This document shows, piece by piece, positions 39,433 through 52,463 of a DNA stretch of 64,000 nt (position 1 is the stretch's first letter; every line of letters begins with the position of its first letter). This stretch comes from the human T2T-CHM13v2.0 reference genome, Homo sapiens. The stretch is taken from NCBI GenBank assembly GCA_009914755.4, contig CP068257.2, positions 20,960,001-21,024,000 on the forward strand. Reading direction: 5' to 3'. Under the pieces are notes generated by a model. That model made no database searches. It saw nothing but the letters and a program-made list of their open reading frames with translations, and was not told the DNA's origin. A program made the translations under genes and the position numbers.

Positions 39433-42400
39433 TTGTTGTATTTTATTTGAAGAATTATTTTATAGTCCTCTCTATTTACTTTTTTGTTATTAATGATAAC
39501 TTTTGCTCCCTTTGAAAATATTTTTATAGTGAACACCTGTGGCTTATATTTTATACGTAGTTTTGGTATTTGTTACAAGGGAAGAATAATCATAGGGAAA
39601 CTAACTTTCTTGGAGGAACAGCAGAAAGCATCAAGTAAAGTTAGAAAGAAAAGGATTAAGTTTCAGCAAAAGAGACATTTTTGCATAATTTCTAGAAAAT
39701 AATTCATTTAGAAAGAGGAAGATTTATTAAAAATATGCTGAAAGTCAGCATATGTTACCTTTCTGTATCCAAAGGAAAATAATAAAATCTACGAACACAA
39801 AGTGTGATGAAGCAGAACTGAGTCACAGACTTCACTACCTAGAGGCACTGACAAGAGCATGGCTCCTCAGACAAGTGACAACAGAGACAATGGTTTCCAA
39901 TTATCAGTGGAGCAAGGGTTATTTTTGTTTTTGTTTTAATATCTCCTTTAATATCTCCTCTTGTGAGGTGTTCATGGGAAAAATTATGACAAAGAAAAAC
40001 GGTAACTTCTTATATCATTTAATTTTCTAGTAATTCTGTATAAATACGAAAATATTTTAGCCAGTTTGCCACACCTGTTCTGACTGATAGAACTGAGAAA
40101 GTGGATACATCAATAAGTCAGCTCACTTACTACTTGTGGAGGGATGCCAAATATCAGACAAGCTCACCTGAAAATGAAAATACTGAAAAAAGTGTCCATG
40201 ACATAGCATTAAAATTGCCAATGCTTGCATTTTCTCTATCATTATTCCTTTTTTGAGTTGTTGTCTCTTATACTTTGTAATATTATGAGTTCTGGGACAT
40301 AAAAACTTAGCAAGACCTGTAACTCATTTCCTCTCACTTGCAGTGATGCCTGTAAAAAATGAACAACCTCAAACAAATCTTGTAGTAAAAATGTCAGAAA
40401 GCAGACCTTATAAACACACAAATGGAGTTTATGGCATGAAGTGGAGAGTTCTTATCTATAAGATGTTTGGGTGCTGAACAGATTTGGTCTTTCTAGTTTG
40501 CTTATTGCAATTACTCTTAAAGTTTTGTGATCTATGGGGTTGGGATTACTGGCTTGTTAGAGAAATGGGTCAGTCACATGTGTTCATTATTTAATGAGGT
40601 ATAAAATAAAAATTTTATTTAACCAAGTGGCTTACGCTATGAAGCAATGCACCATTATACCTTACTCAATACCCATCCACATACTAAATCTGAGATTGAG
40701 AAGCATTCTAATGCTATTGAGCAAGGAGCTTCAAAGGACAGGTGCACAGGAGGGCCTCAGATTTCTCCAAGGGAAATGCCTCACCCGTTTGTTTCTTATA
40801 ACATTAATAAAGTCGACATTGGTTTCAATCATAAGATCCATAATTCATGTGAGTCATATTTGACAATTCAATCTTACATGTTACCATGTTCTAATTTTAG
40901 GCAAGATATTTTGTTCTACCATAGAATGAGATACTTGGGACTTCGTAATTCTTGGTCAAAAATAGACAACTGTTAGTCATTTGCTGATGATAAGATTCTT
41001 GAGTGCTAAAAACTGCTAAGTACTCTTCTAGGAAAAGTTATAACTTCATGGTATTTAAAATTAAGTGACTAAGTTACATAATAAACATGCAAATGAAGTC
41101 GTGTTAAAGAGCAATGAGGGAGTACGAAGTGTTATCCAATCCAAGGAAGGGCTAGCTAGAAAGTAGATGTTCTGCTAAAGTTCTGAATAAATTAAAGAAG
41201 TAAACAGTGTTTCTTGTGGGCAACAGAATATTGGGAAAAAATGAAAAAAGAGTTCATCAACTTAGGTGGAAATTAGTTTGTTGTATGTGTTTGAGGAATG
41301 AAAAAGAATGCCAGCGTCTTAAACTGGATTCACTCAAAATCAAAACCTGAGATAAAGAAGTACATGCAGTAAGATTATTTTTGAAAATGAGCCATTTGTC
41401 AAGAGTGGGAGGCAGAAAAGAGTGAAATAGGCAAGTAGGAAATGCTAATCTAAGCTGTCAGCAAGCTGAACCCTTCTGTAGGAAAATGAGACTTAATCCT
41501 AGTGGGGACTCTGAGGGATCATGTAAAATTGATTTCAGAATCTGCCACTAAAGGAACAAAGAAGATGCAATTTAATCTATCAGTACATATAGATTATTGG
41601 TCAAGATTCACTAGGGTTAACACTCACATTTTTGGGTTTGTAAATACACAGAATAGCTAAGATTTTTTTACATGAAAGTAGAAGAGAAGTCCCTTGGGCA
41701 GATAGCAACAGACATGTGGTAAATCCTAGGCAGACGCTCTGTTTGTGTCTGGTTGCAGCTGTTCTTTGAGGTGATGGCAAGAGCATAAAGGTGAGCTGGA
41801 AGATTGGATAGCATGTAAAAAGTTCCTCCTACCCAGCGTCCAATACACTTCACCCTTTGCACTAATCACCTTCAGTCCTTCTGTGTTTAAATTCCAATAC
41901 ATTCTACAGCCTTCAAGATTGTGGCATGCCTCATTCTCTAGGAAATATTTAATAAACAAAGTTAATTGTAATGAGCTTAAGTAAGTGGTTTTTAAGACCG
42001 TACTTAATATTTTTCCACTTCAGAATTTTCTCATTTTTATCCAATTCTTCAAAATGTATAGATTTCTGGCAAAATGGGAGTGGAGGGGGGGTGGTTCTAA
42101 CTCATTTAACTAAAGAGTAGGAGTCTTTAGTTGCCTTATTCTTGTTAAGATTTAGTTTTACAATTGTTCATTTACAGTTATCATTGGGCATGAAACATCC
42201 AGGAACACCCTAGGCAATACCTTGATGTACTCCATGCTTCCACCATTGTGTAGGAGCAATCTCAATATCATATGGATACAATTAAGTCCTTTTCTCAGTG
42301 GTAGAATTTTCTAGCTTTGGTCTGAAAAGGGGGTATAGATCTCAATTTTTAATATGGCAGCTAAGTTAGACATTTGCTCAGCAGCTTTCAATTTTTTTTC

Positions 42401-42749
42401 TGGTTAGGGAAATCAATTAACACCTTAATTAGCTCCCATCTGTCTTAACATTAAGCAATATTCTGATCTATTAGTCATTCTTGCAGGTCCTTGTGGGTAA
42501 AGGCACCTGGTTGACTTTCTAATCTTGATGCTCATTATGACAGTTACTTTGAAACTATTTCTGATGATAAGTGTTGATCTTCTGGCCTCTTCAATTACAG
42601 AATCCAAGCCCAGTGGTCCTAGGGAGCTCAGTTCCATGGCAGTGTCTTCTAATGTCAGCTCTGGCCTAGAGAAGGAGGCACACCTGGGCTTCTCAGAGAT
42701 GTCAGCGTATATCTTAGCAGTTTATTTTTTACTGTTATTGAAAGAAATA

Positions 42750-43105
42750 CAATAATCTTTGCTTATCTGAAGTTTCACTTTTCACAGTTGTAGTTACTTG
42801 TGATCAATCACAGTCTGAGAATATTAAATAGAAAATTCCAGAAATAATTCAGAAGTTTTAAATGGTGCACCATTTTGAGTAGCATGATGAAATCTCATGG
42901 TATTTCACTCTGTCCCACCGGGGATGTGAATCATGCCTTTGTCCAGTGTGTCCATGCTGTAGACACTACCCACTCATTAGTGATGAAGTATCCATCTTAC
43001 TTATCAGATCAAAAAAGCCATAGTATACATAGGGTTCAGTACTATCCATGGTTTCAGGCATCCACTGGAAATCTTTGAACCTACATGAATAAAGGGGGAT
43101 TACTA
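42750..43105 (-). mobile_element. Non-autonomous Tigger-family (TcMar/pogo-like) DNA transposon, ~355 bp, with TA target duplications
   Basis: The internal sequence matches the Tigger terminal regions in reverse orientation with CpG decay: …ttatctgaagtttcacttttcacagttgtagttacttgtgatcaatcacagtc… ~ reverse complement of …gaccgcggttgaccgcgggtaactgaaaccgcggaaagcgaaaccgcggataa. …atgatgaaatctcatggtatttcactctgtcccaccggggatgtgaatcatgcctttgtcc ~ reverse complement of …ggacaaaggcatgattcacatcccgggtgggac…atgagatttcatcat. …ggttcagtactatccatggtttcaggcatccactgg…aaagggggattacta ~ the other terminus. Terminal inverted repeats caataatctttgcttatc… / …gataaagggggattacta. TA at 42748-42749 and 43106-43107. Subfamily name not assigned. 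Confidence 0.5.
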
Positions 43106-44617
43106 TATCCTCTGATATTTCCCATGTAACATGCTTCACTGGTAGGGTTTCTAATCTCACATATTGGATTTCTTCCATTTTCCTCATCTACCTGCATCTT
43201 CTGAAATTGTTCTGAATATTCTATTTCATCCACCATAGATAATCATTGTTTTTAAAATTTAAAGAGCAATTCTAAGCATTGTCTACAGGTGTCCTTGCCA
43301 GGACATTAAACATTGAGTCACAGTGGCATGCCCCTGCGTCAATAATAAGCCATCTATTTTGTAGTCCTGGTCCAAATCTTCACTTCCAGATACATTCCAA
43401 CATATGCTCCCTAATATTTTTCAATACTTATCAGTCATATCTTTTAGTTATTTGGATGTGCTTGTCTTTTTTCTCCTAGATAAATTACTATATTATCTTG
43501 CCTTTGCTCTGTTTCACTTGTCCCTACTTAGAGACTAGGAAACTATGAGAGGAGATAGGGTCAGAAATTGAATAATCTAAGCATCATCCTGCAAGACACC
43601 TGAACCAGATGAGGCCTTTACCAGAGCTCTATGTAAGAACAACATTTAATATGGGAAAGGAGCTATTTCTTCCAAACTAGCTATTGAATATGACTGTGGA
43701 AATTCAATATTCTCAGGGTTTTCCAGATAATTGCGCACATCCTGGGTCCTTAGGTCTTTCTTTCCGACAAATTCGGGCTCTTCTCTGGCATAGGAGACAC
43801 ATGGGAGTTAAACATTCAGTGTCCATTGTAACTCTGACATCTTTATATTTAAATACTGAGTCTTATTTTCATCAATATCTGCTCTGTTCTGCCAGGATGA
43901 CTTTACAGTATGCCTTCAGTTGATAATTTAAGCCTGTAATTTTCTTTTCTTTTTTTTTTTTTTTGGCTTCTAAAACTGTAAACTAAGGACAATGAATTGC
44001 ACAGTCCTTAATATTACTATTGCTCTTATATTGATAATGTGTGTTGTTACTATGCAAACCAACGCTTCATGTTCTCTTTGTACCAAATTCTAATTTATCT
44101 CCTGTAAATATCTTAACTATAATGCTACTACATGACAAGAATTACTGCTTCACTTACCACTGGCAATGGGAAGCTTATTGGAGTTTGGAGCAACATTATT
44201 CACCAAAACAATAAGGGCCACTGCTGTCACTAATTGTCTTCGTTTGGGTTACCTGGAAAGAAAAAAAAAGATGATAAAAGAATTTGTATGCATCTGGAGC
44301 AAGAGCAAGAGGACAGGAAAAGTGGAAGAGTGAGAGACAGAAGAAAGAAAAGTCAATCAAAGGCTGAGTGCCTTTATTCATTATTATAGTTGAGAGTTGA
44401 ACAGTTAAGGCATAAACCTCTTAGTAATCTTTAAGGAGCAGTGTAAAATAGACCTCTTAGTTGTCTAATAGAATGAGCGTGGTTGAAAAAAAGTTGAACA
44501 AGCAGAAAATGAGGTTACAAAGGTAAGCATGGACAAGATCACATGATACCTTGGGCTTTGGATTTTATTTGGGTTTAATGGGAACTCACTGTTGGGGTGA
44601 TGGCAGAAGAAAAATAA

Positions 44618-45056
<439 letters not shown>

Positions 45057-47711
45057 TTTGAAGATCTTCTTAACATGAAATGAATTTTAAAAGTAGGTTC
45101 AACATGTGATATGGAAATAAAGACCATGAGGATGACACTGAAGTTTTTGTTTTTGTTTATTTCCCCTTTGGTTAGGTGGGTTATTTTTGGAGTGATTTGC
45201 TGGTACAAAGAAGACTGGCAGGCATATGGAATTGCTGAAATTGATGCTTTGCCTTGGACATGTGAAAGATGCTTGTTTGATTGGCATCCAAGTACAAATG
45301 TTAGGTGGAAAGCTGGATACAAAAGTAAAGCTTAGGGCCAATTGGGGACTGGCTATATACATTCAGGAGTAATTAATCAATAGATGTTACTTAAAGCCAT
45401 GGAAACTCACTACGAACATAGTGAGTCATAGGGAGAAAATAATTTCTAAGCATGTAGTGAATAATCCTAATGTTTACTGATTAGACAGAAATTCTAATAC
45501 TTAGAGACTGAAGAGAATGACAGGAGAAGGAATAGTTAGTAAATTGTATGAAAAACGAGAAGACTCTTATGACCCAGAAAACAAGTGAAGAAACTGGTTA
45601 ATGAGAGAGGCACCTATCACCTTTGTCAAATATTGTTGAAAGGTACCAAGTTTACTTTAGGAATTTAAAAATGGTGAGATTGAAAAGAATGGTTTCAGTG
45701 GTTTGACCTTGATGAATGTTTAATTGCAGAGGTATAGCAAGAATAAGATAATAGTCAATAATGGTGAATATATTTATATATGTATGTATGTGCATATATG
45801 TATGTGTCTACATGTATATACAGATAACTTTAAAAGTTTTCTTTAATACACAGGGACAAGTAAATAAGGAATTTGCATAATTTTAAATTTGATTACTATG
45901 CATCAAGTTAAATAGTGATAGAACTAATCTAATAAATTATTTAAATATGCCATGGCATGAGAGAACAAATAACTACCAAAGGGAATACACTGATTTGCTA
46001 AGTTAGAATGAGGTTCAGTGTAAAACAGAGGACGTGATCTTAGATATAAACACTGGCTATGTATTCACTGTGAGGAAAGGGAAAGAATGGTCGGGCCTAT
46101 AGATTCCAGTGGATTGGTTCATTTGGTGATGTAGGTGAAGGAATTCACTTTTAAGTTGTACTATATTTTCGGTAAAATAATAATATTAGCTTAAAATAGG
46201 GAGTGAAGAAATTTTCTCACTGAACAGTTATGTGAATTGGCTAGGAAATGTAATAGCCTTGCCAAGAAGTCCTGAGCATACACTCCATGCTTGCGGTTAT
46301 AAATTTAAAGTGAGACAAGTCCATACCATTGTGTGTGCATATGAGTGTGTGTGTGCAAGCAAAGTTAGTTGCTTTCAAATTCACTGATGTAGTTAGAAGG
46401 TTATATAGAAATAGATCTTTCTGGGTATGGTTAAACATGGAAGTAAAATTGAAGTTATCTGAGAAAAAGTAATTATATTAACATACCTTGAATTCTAAGT
46501 TGGGTAAGGAGGGGAGGATGAAGAGTGGTAAAGGTGATAGAGTTAATAGACTGGAGTTCAAGGTGAAGTCAAAGTTTTTCTTTTTGTTTCAAGTAGGAAG
46601 AGTAAGAGAAATAAGTTGAAAGATAGAAATTTTAAATCATAGCCGAGATCCATGAATCTAAATTTCTGAAGATGGTGGAGTAATTGGCAATGATAAACAC
46701 TAAAGTATGAGAACACTAGACTATGAAGTATGGAAGAAGAAAATTGTATGATTGATGAAGAGCTTAAGGAATTAGAAGGCCCAAGAGGTGCATAAATGGC
46801 ACATATATGAAGCAGACCTTACATGTCTCATTTTATATTTTCTGTCTGTTTAGTTTCACAGGGAAAAAATGAAATTATTACTTTTTTTTATTGAACCCCC
46901 ATGATAAATAGCAAAAATGACTACAAATTATTTCATTTATCAAGAAGTGGTATCTATTTCTCCATCTTTTAAATTGGTATGGGTTATGTGAATTGCTTTG
47001 GCCAATGGGAAATAAGCAAATGTTAAAAGCAGAGACTTGGAAAGCATTTGAGCATTTGGGTTTACTCTATGTGTAGTGTTTTGACCTTTCAACTACCATG
47101 TGAAGATGCCCAGACTATCCTCCTGAATAACAAGAAGCAAGAAGCAGTCTCTTCCAAATTGCCAAGAGCCTGCTTGCTGTCAGTCACGTGAGCTAGTTCA
47201 CCACAAATCATCCAGCTATTCATTGACAGCAGAAAACAGCTAGGCTGGCACAGTTAAGACTTTCCAACAAACCCACAGAATTAGGAACCACATACATAAT
47301 TATTGTCTCAAGCCACTGACATTTAGGAAGTAGTGTGTTATACAGCAATAGATAATTGAGAAACATGTTGTGCTTGGAAGTGGTGTTTTCTTTGGAAATG
47401 GAGATAGTGATGACTGGAAACAGCAGAGAAGAAACTATTATGTGATGCTAGAAAAACGTGCATAATCTGTAAATGAAGGTGAGAAAATTATTCTGATAAG
47501 ATGAAAAAAAGATAACCCTTATTATTTTGTAGTAAAACAGCTGCAAAACTATCAGCCCCTCTAACTCTGAAGGTTGTTACATGTATGTAATGAACATATC
47601 TAGCGCAACATTGGATGTCTTTGGGGGAAGGGGAAGGGCATGGGTAACTTGACTGTTTAGACCAGAGGAAGCATATCCAACTCTGCCTTCTAGACATGAT
47701 TTTAGATTACT

Positions 47712-47866
47712 TTTTTTTTTCCTGAAACAGAGGCTTGCTCTTTTGCCCAGGCTGGAGTGGTGTGGCACCACCATAGGTCACTACGGCATTGACCTGGCCT
47801 CAAGCGATCCTCCCACATTAGCCTCCCGAGTAGCTGGGACTGTAGTTGTGCATTACGATGCTCGCT

Positions 47867-47912
<46 letters not shown>

Positions 47913-48024
47913 GACAGGGTCTCCCCAGGTTGCCCAGCCTGATCTCAAACTCTTGGTCTCAAGGGATCCTCCCACCTTGGCCTCCAACACTGTTGGAATT
48001 ATAGGCGTGAACCACTACACCTAA
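47712..48024 (-). mobile_element. AluJ-like, minus orientation, with a (TG)~20 microsatellite in the A-rich linker
   Basis: (t)10cctgaaacagaggcttgctcttttgcccaggctggagtggtgtggcaccaccataggtcactacggcattgacctggcctcaagcgatcctcccacattagcctcccgagtagctgggactgtag…(tg)20…atagacagggtctccccaggttgcccagcctgatctcaaactcttggtctcaagggatcctcccaccttggcctccaacactgttggaattataggcgtgaaccactacacc. The (TG)n run is at 47869-47909. Confidence 0.85.
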
Positions 48025-48476
48025 CTAGAATTTTGTATTTTGACCCTAAGGGGAAAATTATATGAAACATTTTGGATCCCTGGAGTAAGAGTGAGCACAT
48101 TATTCATGTGACAGAAATGTAAACAAATAGCAGCCAGGGGAGAATTGTGATTGAATATCAAATGCTCACAAGTCTTCCCTTTCTATGAAGATGGGCATTT
48201 TCCACCTCTTGAACCTGAAACAGTCATGTGACTTTCTTTGGAAATGTGGCTTTATAATAAATGTAACACAAGCAAAGACTTGATAAGTGCTTGTATATTG
48301 GGGCTGGCTTCTCTTGCAGCTTTTGTAAATGTGCAATCAGTATTTGAAGAAATTCAGAGTAGCTTGCTGAATGACAAGAGAAATAAAACTCGGGTGTCTC
48401 TGTCACTCTAAACAGCCTGTAGGAGCCACACATGTGAATGAGGATATCCTTGATTGTCTGGATGCAAGATGACTCA

Positions 48477-48490
48477 CCAGTTGATAGCAA

Positions 48491-48548
<58 letters not shown>

Positions 48549-48745
48549 ATATATATATATGTATATCTGGATATATATGTGTGTGTGTATATATATATAT
48601 ACACACACACACATATATATACATATATATACACACACACATATATCCAGACATACATATATATATACACAAATACACATATATATATATATATATATTT
48701 GCTATCAACTGGTGGGTGCTATCAACTGGTGTGTGTGTGTATATA

Positions 48746-48786
<41 letters not shown>

Positions 48787-48812
48787 ACATATATATCTGG
48801 ACAAGCCCCACA
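48477..48812. repeat. Compound (TG)n/(TA)n/(CA)n microsatellite organised as a ~236 bp quasi-palindrome plus an additional nested inverted segment
   Basis: Left terminus ccagttgatagcaaatat (48477-48494) and right terminus atatttgctatcaactgg (48695-48712) are exact reverse complements. Centre at ~48594/48595 inside gtgtgtgtatatatatatatacacacacac. Internal mirror pairs include atctggatatatatgtgtg (48566-48584) / cacacacatatatccagac (48634-48652). Followed by the duplicated gctatcaactggtg and another (tg)n(ta)n…(ca)n mini-palindrome up to ~48812. Confidence 0.85.
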
Positions 48813-50232
48813 GCTATCAGCTGACCTGTCCCAGACCCAAGAATCAAGCGGACTCATATAACTGTATGATAATTAAATGGTTAATGTTGAAACACTAAAT
48901 TTTGAGATGCTTCCTTAAGCAATGAAATAACTGGAAATCTTTTCTCTCTAGAGATCACTTTGCTGTCAGTGGGCTTTGAAGCCACCACTGTATTTTATCC
49001 AACCATAGTCACACAAGAACATTCTCATAATGTGGTAATGACATTGTCGTTTTAATTTACCTCAGTGATATACACTTAAAAAAACTAAACTGAAAATATA
49101 ATTATGTCAATGTGCAGGAAGCTTTTGAGAAATATTTTTTAAAAATCCATTCTGGCACTATTCTGTATTATATGAGTTATATTTTTGTGGAAATTGTTTT
49201 AAGTATAAGCTTCTAAAATATGATTATACACATAGTAATTATACCATTATCTATCAGCTCCTTATTTCCACATGCTCAGTCTACTTTCTTGGTAGAGATA
49301 TATCTTATCCAAAAAATATACATTAAGGATTTGTAGTATTATTGTATGTAGTAATTAAGAGTGGCTTAACCCTTTGAAGTGACTTAATTCATTATATTTA
49401 TGCCTATAATTTTAACAATATGTATAAGAAAGAAGACCTCATGGTAGTTTATGTTCTAGATATTTTACAACAAATGATATGGCACATAATACAAATATGT
49501 GTTGCCTCATTATTCAAAGAATTAAAAACATTTATCAGACTTACTAGAATTTACTGATCCAAACTCCTCAAACAATTAGACTTTGAATAGTCAATGAGAA
49601 TATATTTCTTCTCCTTTTTCAGCACTATTCACAGAATATGTTATCAATTTTCTGTCACTCTCTCTCCCTGAAGAAACCAATATTACTTCGATTCTATATA
49701 GAAAATAAAAGAGGTATCCTGAAAAATAAAAATGGATTTGACTTTTTTTTTTTCTGTGTAAGAATTCAGACATTAGCAGCACTGAATCTTATCAGATCAA
49801 TTCCCCGCAGAAGGCTAAAGCCTGCAGTGGTCCAGGTTCTGTAAACTCTACAGACGTGAGACAAGAATGATAAAGGAAGACTACTAAATATTCCTTTGCT
49901 AAACCGTGCATGCAATGCATGTTGATTGCCCCTGGTTTTAACTATCTACACTGTAAATAAGAGGTCTATAAGCCAAGTAGTTAAAGGTGAAAGACTCTTC
50001 TATTATCCTTTTAATTCCAATAAAACTATTCAACCAATTTTATTCACTTACACTGTTAATAAAATAGACCCTATGCTTTAGAAACCTGGCTCAAATAGAA
50101 AACAGAAAAAAAGTTCTTACCTTTCGTATTTTTCTCTCCAACTTCTACATATTAATTAATCTTGTGCTCTGTATTTGGAACCATGAAAACAAATTTTATT
50201 TTTCTATTCGGTCAAGTAAAAATACTATGTAT

Positions 50233-50290
50233 AGAAAAACTCTAGACAGATTGAGACTCCATCTCAAAAAAAAAAAAAAAAAAAAAAGAA
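50233..50290 (+). mobile_element. Alu 3'-terminal remnant (last ~20 nt plus long A-tail)
   Basis: ctagacagattgagactccatctc(a)24gaagag. Only the tail of an Alu is present. Confidence 0.5.
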
Positions 50291-50674
50291 GAGAGGAGGA
50301 AAACTCTAAGAATGAGAAATTGCTATGGAGTTTAATGTTGATTCCAGAACATACCCACTGAATAGGAGGCGCAAGGTATCAATGTTAACTAGTTGAAATA
50401 CAAATTGAATTTTTAAATTAAGTAAAGTCAGGGTAATCCAGATGTCACCTTGGAAAGGAGACTAAACGAGAAATTTAGGATGTGTTTGTCATAATTTATA
50501 TTACTCTAATGAGAGGAATCAATGCAATCAAAAGCACCTTATCATTCAGACTAGTTGGAGAGAAATGCCCAAATCAAAGTTGTAGCACCACGTGTTTCCA
50601 TTCATATTTCCGTGGTGATATGAACTTCAAATTACAGTGCTCGTATTGAATGCATGTGAGACTAAACACGAATT

Positions 50675-50949
50675 GGCCTGGCATGCTGACTCATGCCTGG
50701 AATCCTACCACTTTGGGAGGTCGAGGTGGGAGAATCACTTGAGGCCAAAAGTTCAAGGCCATTTTGCGCAACATGGGAAGACCCTCTCTACAGAAAAGAA
50801 AAAAAAATGGTGCACTTTTGTAGTCCTGGCTGCTCAAGAGGCTGAGGTGTGAGGATGGACTGATCCCAGGAGTTCAAGGTTATAGTCAGCTATGACCACA
50901 CCACAGCGCTCTAGCATGGGTGGCAGAGTGAGACCCTGTCTCTAAAAGA
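50675..50949 (+). mobile_element. AluJ-like (old, diverged)
   Basis: ggcctggcatgctgactcatgcctggaatcctaccactttgggaggtcgaggtgggagaatcacttgaggccaaaagttcaaggccattttgcgcaacatgggaagaccctctctacagaaaagaaaaaaaaatggtgcacttttgtagtcctggctgctcaagaggctgaggtgtgaggatggactgatcccaggagttcaaggttatagtcagctatgaccacaccacagcgctctagcatgggtggcagagtgagaccctgtctctaaaag. Confidence 0.85.
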
Positions 50950-52383
50950 TGAATTGATCATTAAGTAATTAAAAGACATTAATTAAGACAAGAAACTCAA
51001 ATCAGCGAGCAACAACTAGGAGAAAGGTGTGTGGAGGATTTTTGTAGCAGTTTGCCATAGATCAAGCATAAAGGCTGGAAGGGATGGATATGACAGGTAC
51101 AAAGAGAGTGACTTAAGTCTAAATATTCAAGACAGGGATTTTCTGAATACAGAAAACTTTTCTCATCTCTGGCGAACTTGAACTAGAATCAGTATTAAGT
51201 GAAGATTATGTGATGAATATCTGGCATACATCATTGAATCTATTTCCAAATCTCTTGTGGATCAACTTCCAGAAACTAGGACTGAGAAAGGAGAGGTTCT
51301 CACACTTCAGGTACTTTCCATAAAGATTTTTTGAACCTAGAAATCTATGTCTGGGTTTATTTTCTGCTTTCACTATCATCCCAGAGGTCCAGGACCTGCT
51401 GCTCATCGTATTTGAAAGGGAGGCTAAGAGTCAATTGTTTCTAAATTCTGAGGCAATTTACAGTTGATGTGATCTTTTGTTCATGAGCCTTTGAGGCCAA
51501 AATTTCAAGTTAACCGATTTTAGTTTATTTGCTCCTGTATGCATGAAATAGATGAGACAAAGAACAACTGATATTTACTGAGCTTCATTTGAATTTTGAT
51601 GGGAACCCTATTCTCAGCTCTTACCCTAAAGTGCAGTAACCTATCAGTGGTTTCCAAATCCCTGGGGCTTATCTGAATGCATCACTTAAGCTGGAGTAGG
51701 TTTCTGAGACTGGGTAATAAAACTTGCTGAAACAGGAATGGAATACTTAAAGAAAATACTGAGGACAATTTTTTTATTAATATTTCATTTCTGGTCTAAA
51801 AAAATGATATGTGTTTGATCCCTCCACTTCACTAGGCATTGTAATTTAGTGAACATTCTGATACTTAGATTTCAGAAACCTTCCCCAGAGTCTCTTTGCA
51901 AATTGTGACTCAACTGCATTCACAGATGGAGTGCAAAAACTGAGATCAGATGTTGATGTTGAAAGTACTGCAGAAGGCACAAGTAAATGACAATACAGAA
52001 AAAACAGGTCATTAACTGGTGTACGAATAAAGTAGCCAAAGGTTTTTCTGATTTTTGAATAGAAACCTTTTGCCTTCAGAGACTTTTCTCTTACCCATTT
52101 CAATTGGATTTTCTTTTACTTCAATTAGACAACAAGCAGACAACAACACAACTACCTTTATACTAGTGAAGAGTAATCATTTCTATATGAGTAATAATGC
52201 AACATGAAAAATCCCACAAAATATTGTTTAATAAACTAAGTCTTGTGGATGTGTGTGAAAAAGCTAGCCAGAAATATTCTTTTTTCTAATTCTGTAGTAG
52301 AAGAATTTAATGTGATGACTTTAGGTGTGTGTGCATGTGCCTACATGTGTGAACAAGTATACATGGGTGTACTGTGTGTGTGT

Positions 52384-52463
52384 ATCACGTGGTGCAAAAC
52401 TAATTGCGGTTTTTGGATTTACCTTTAATGGCAAGACCAGCAATTCTTTTTGCACCAACCTAA
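52384..52463. mobile_element. MADE1 (Hsmar1-derived ~80 bp palindromic MITE)
   Basis: …gtggtgcaaaactaattgcggtttttggatttacctttaatggcaagaccagcaattctttttgcaccaacctaa followed by ta. Matches the MADE1 consensus ttaggttggtgcaaaagtaattgcggtttttgccattaaaagtaatggcaaaaaccgcaattacttttgcaccaacctaa. Left terminus diverged. Confidence 0.7.

Noticed and set aside
40594-40976. Overlapping 89 and 109 aa + strand ORFs in non-repeat sequence
   Set aside because: No similarity to any protein family I can recall. They are flanked by AT-rich sequence without splice or promoter context and are most likely chance ORFs.
48224-48898. Cluster of six overlapping ORFs of 68-148 aa on both strands (Y/I/H/T/C/V-rich proteins)
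   Set aside because: They are translations of (TG)n/(TA)n/(CA)n dinucleotide repeats; low-complexity artefacts, not genes. The same applies to ORFs 22927-23246 and 25936-26202.
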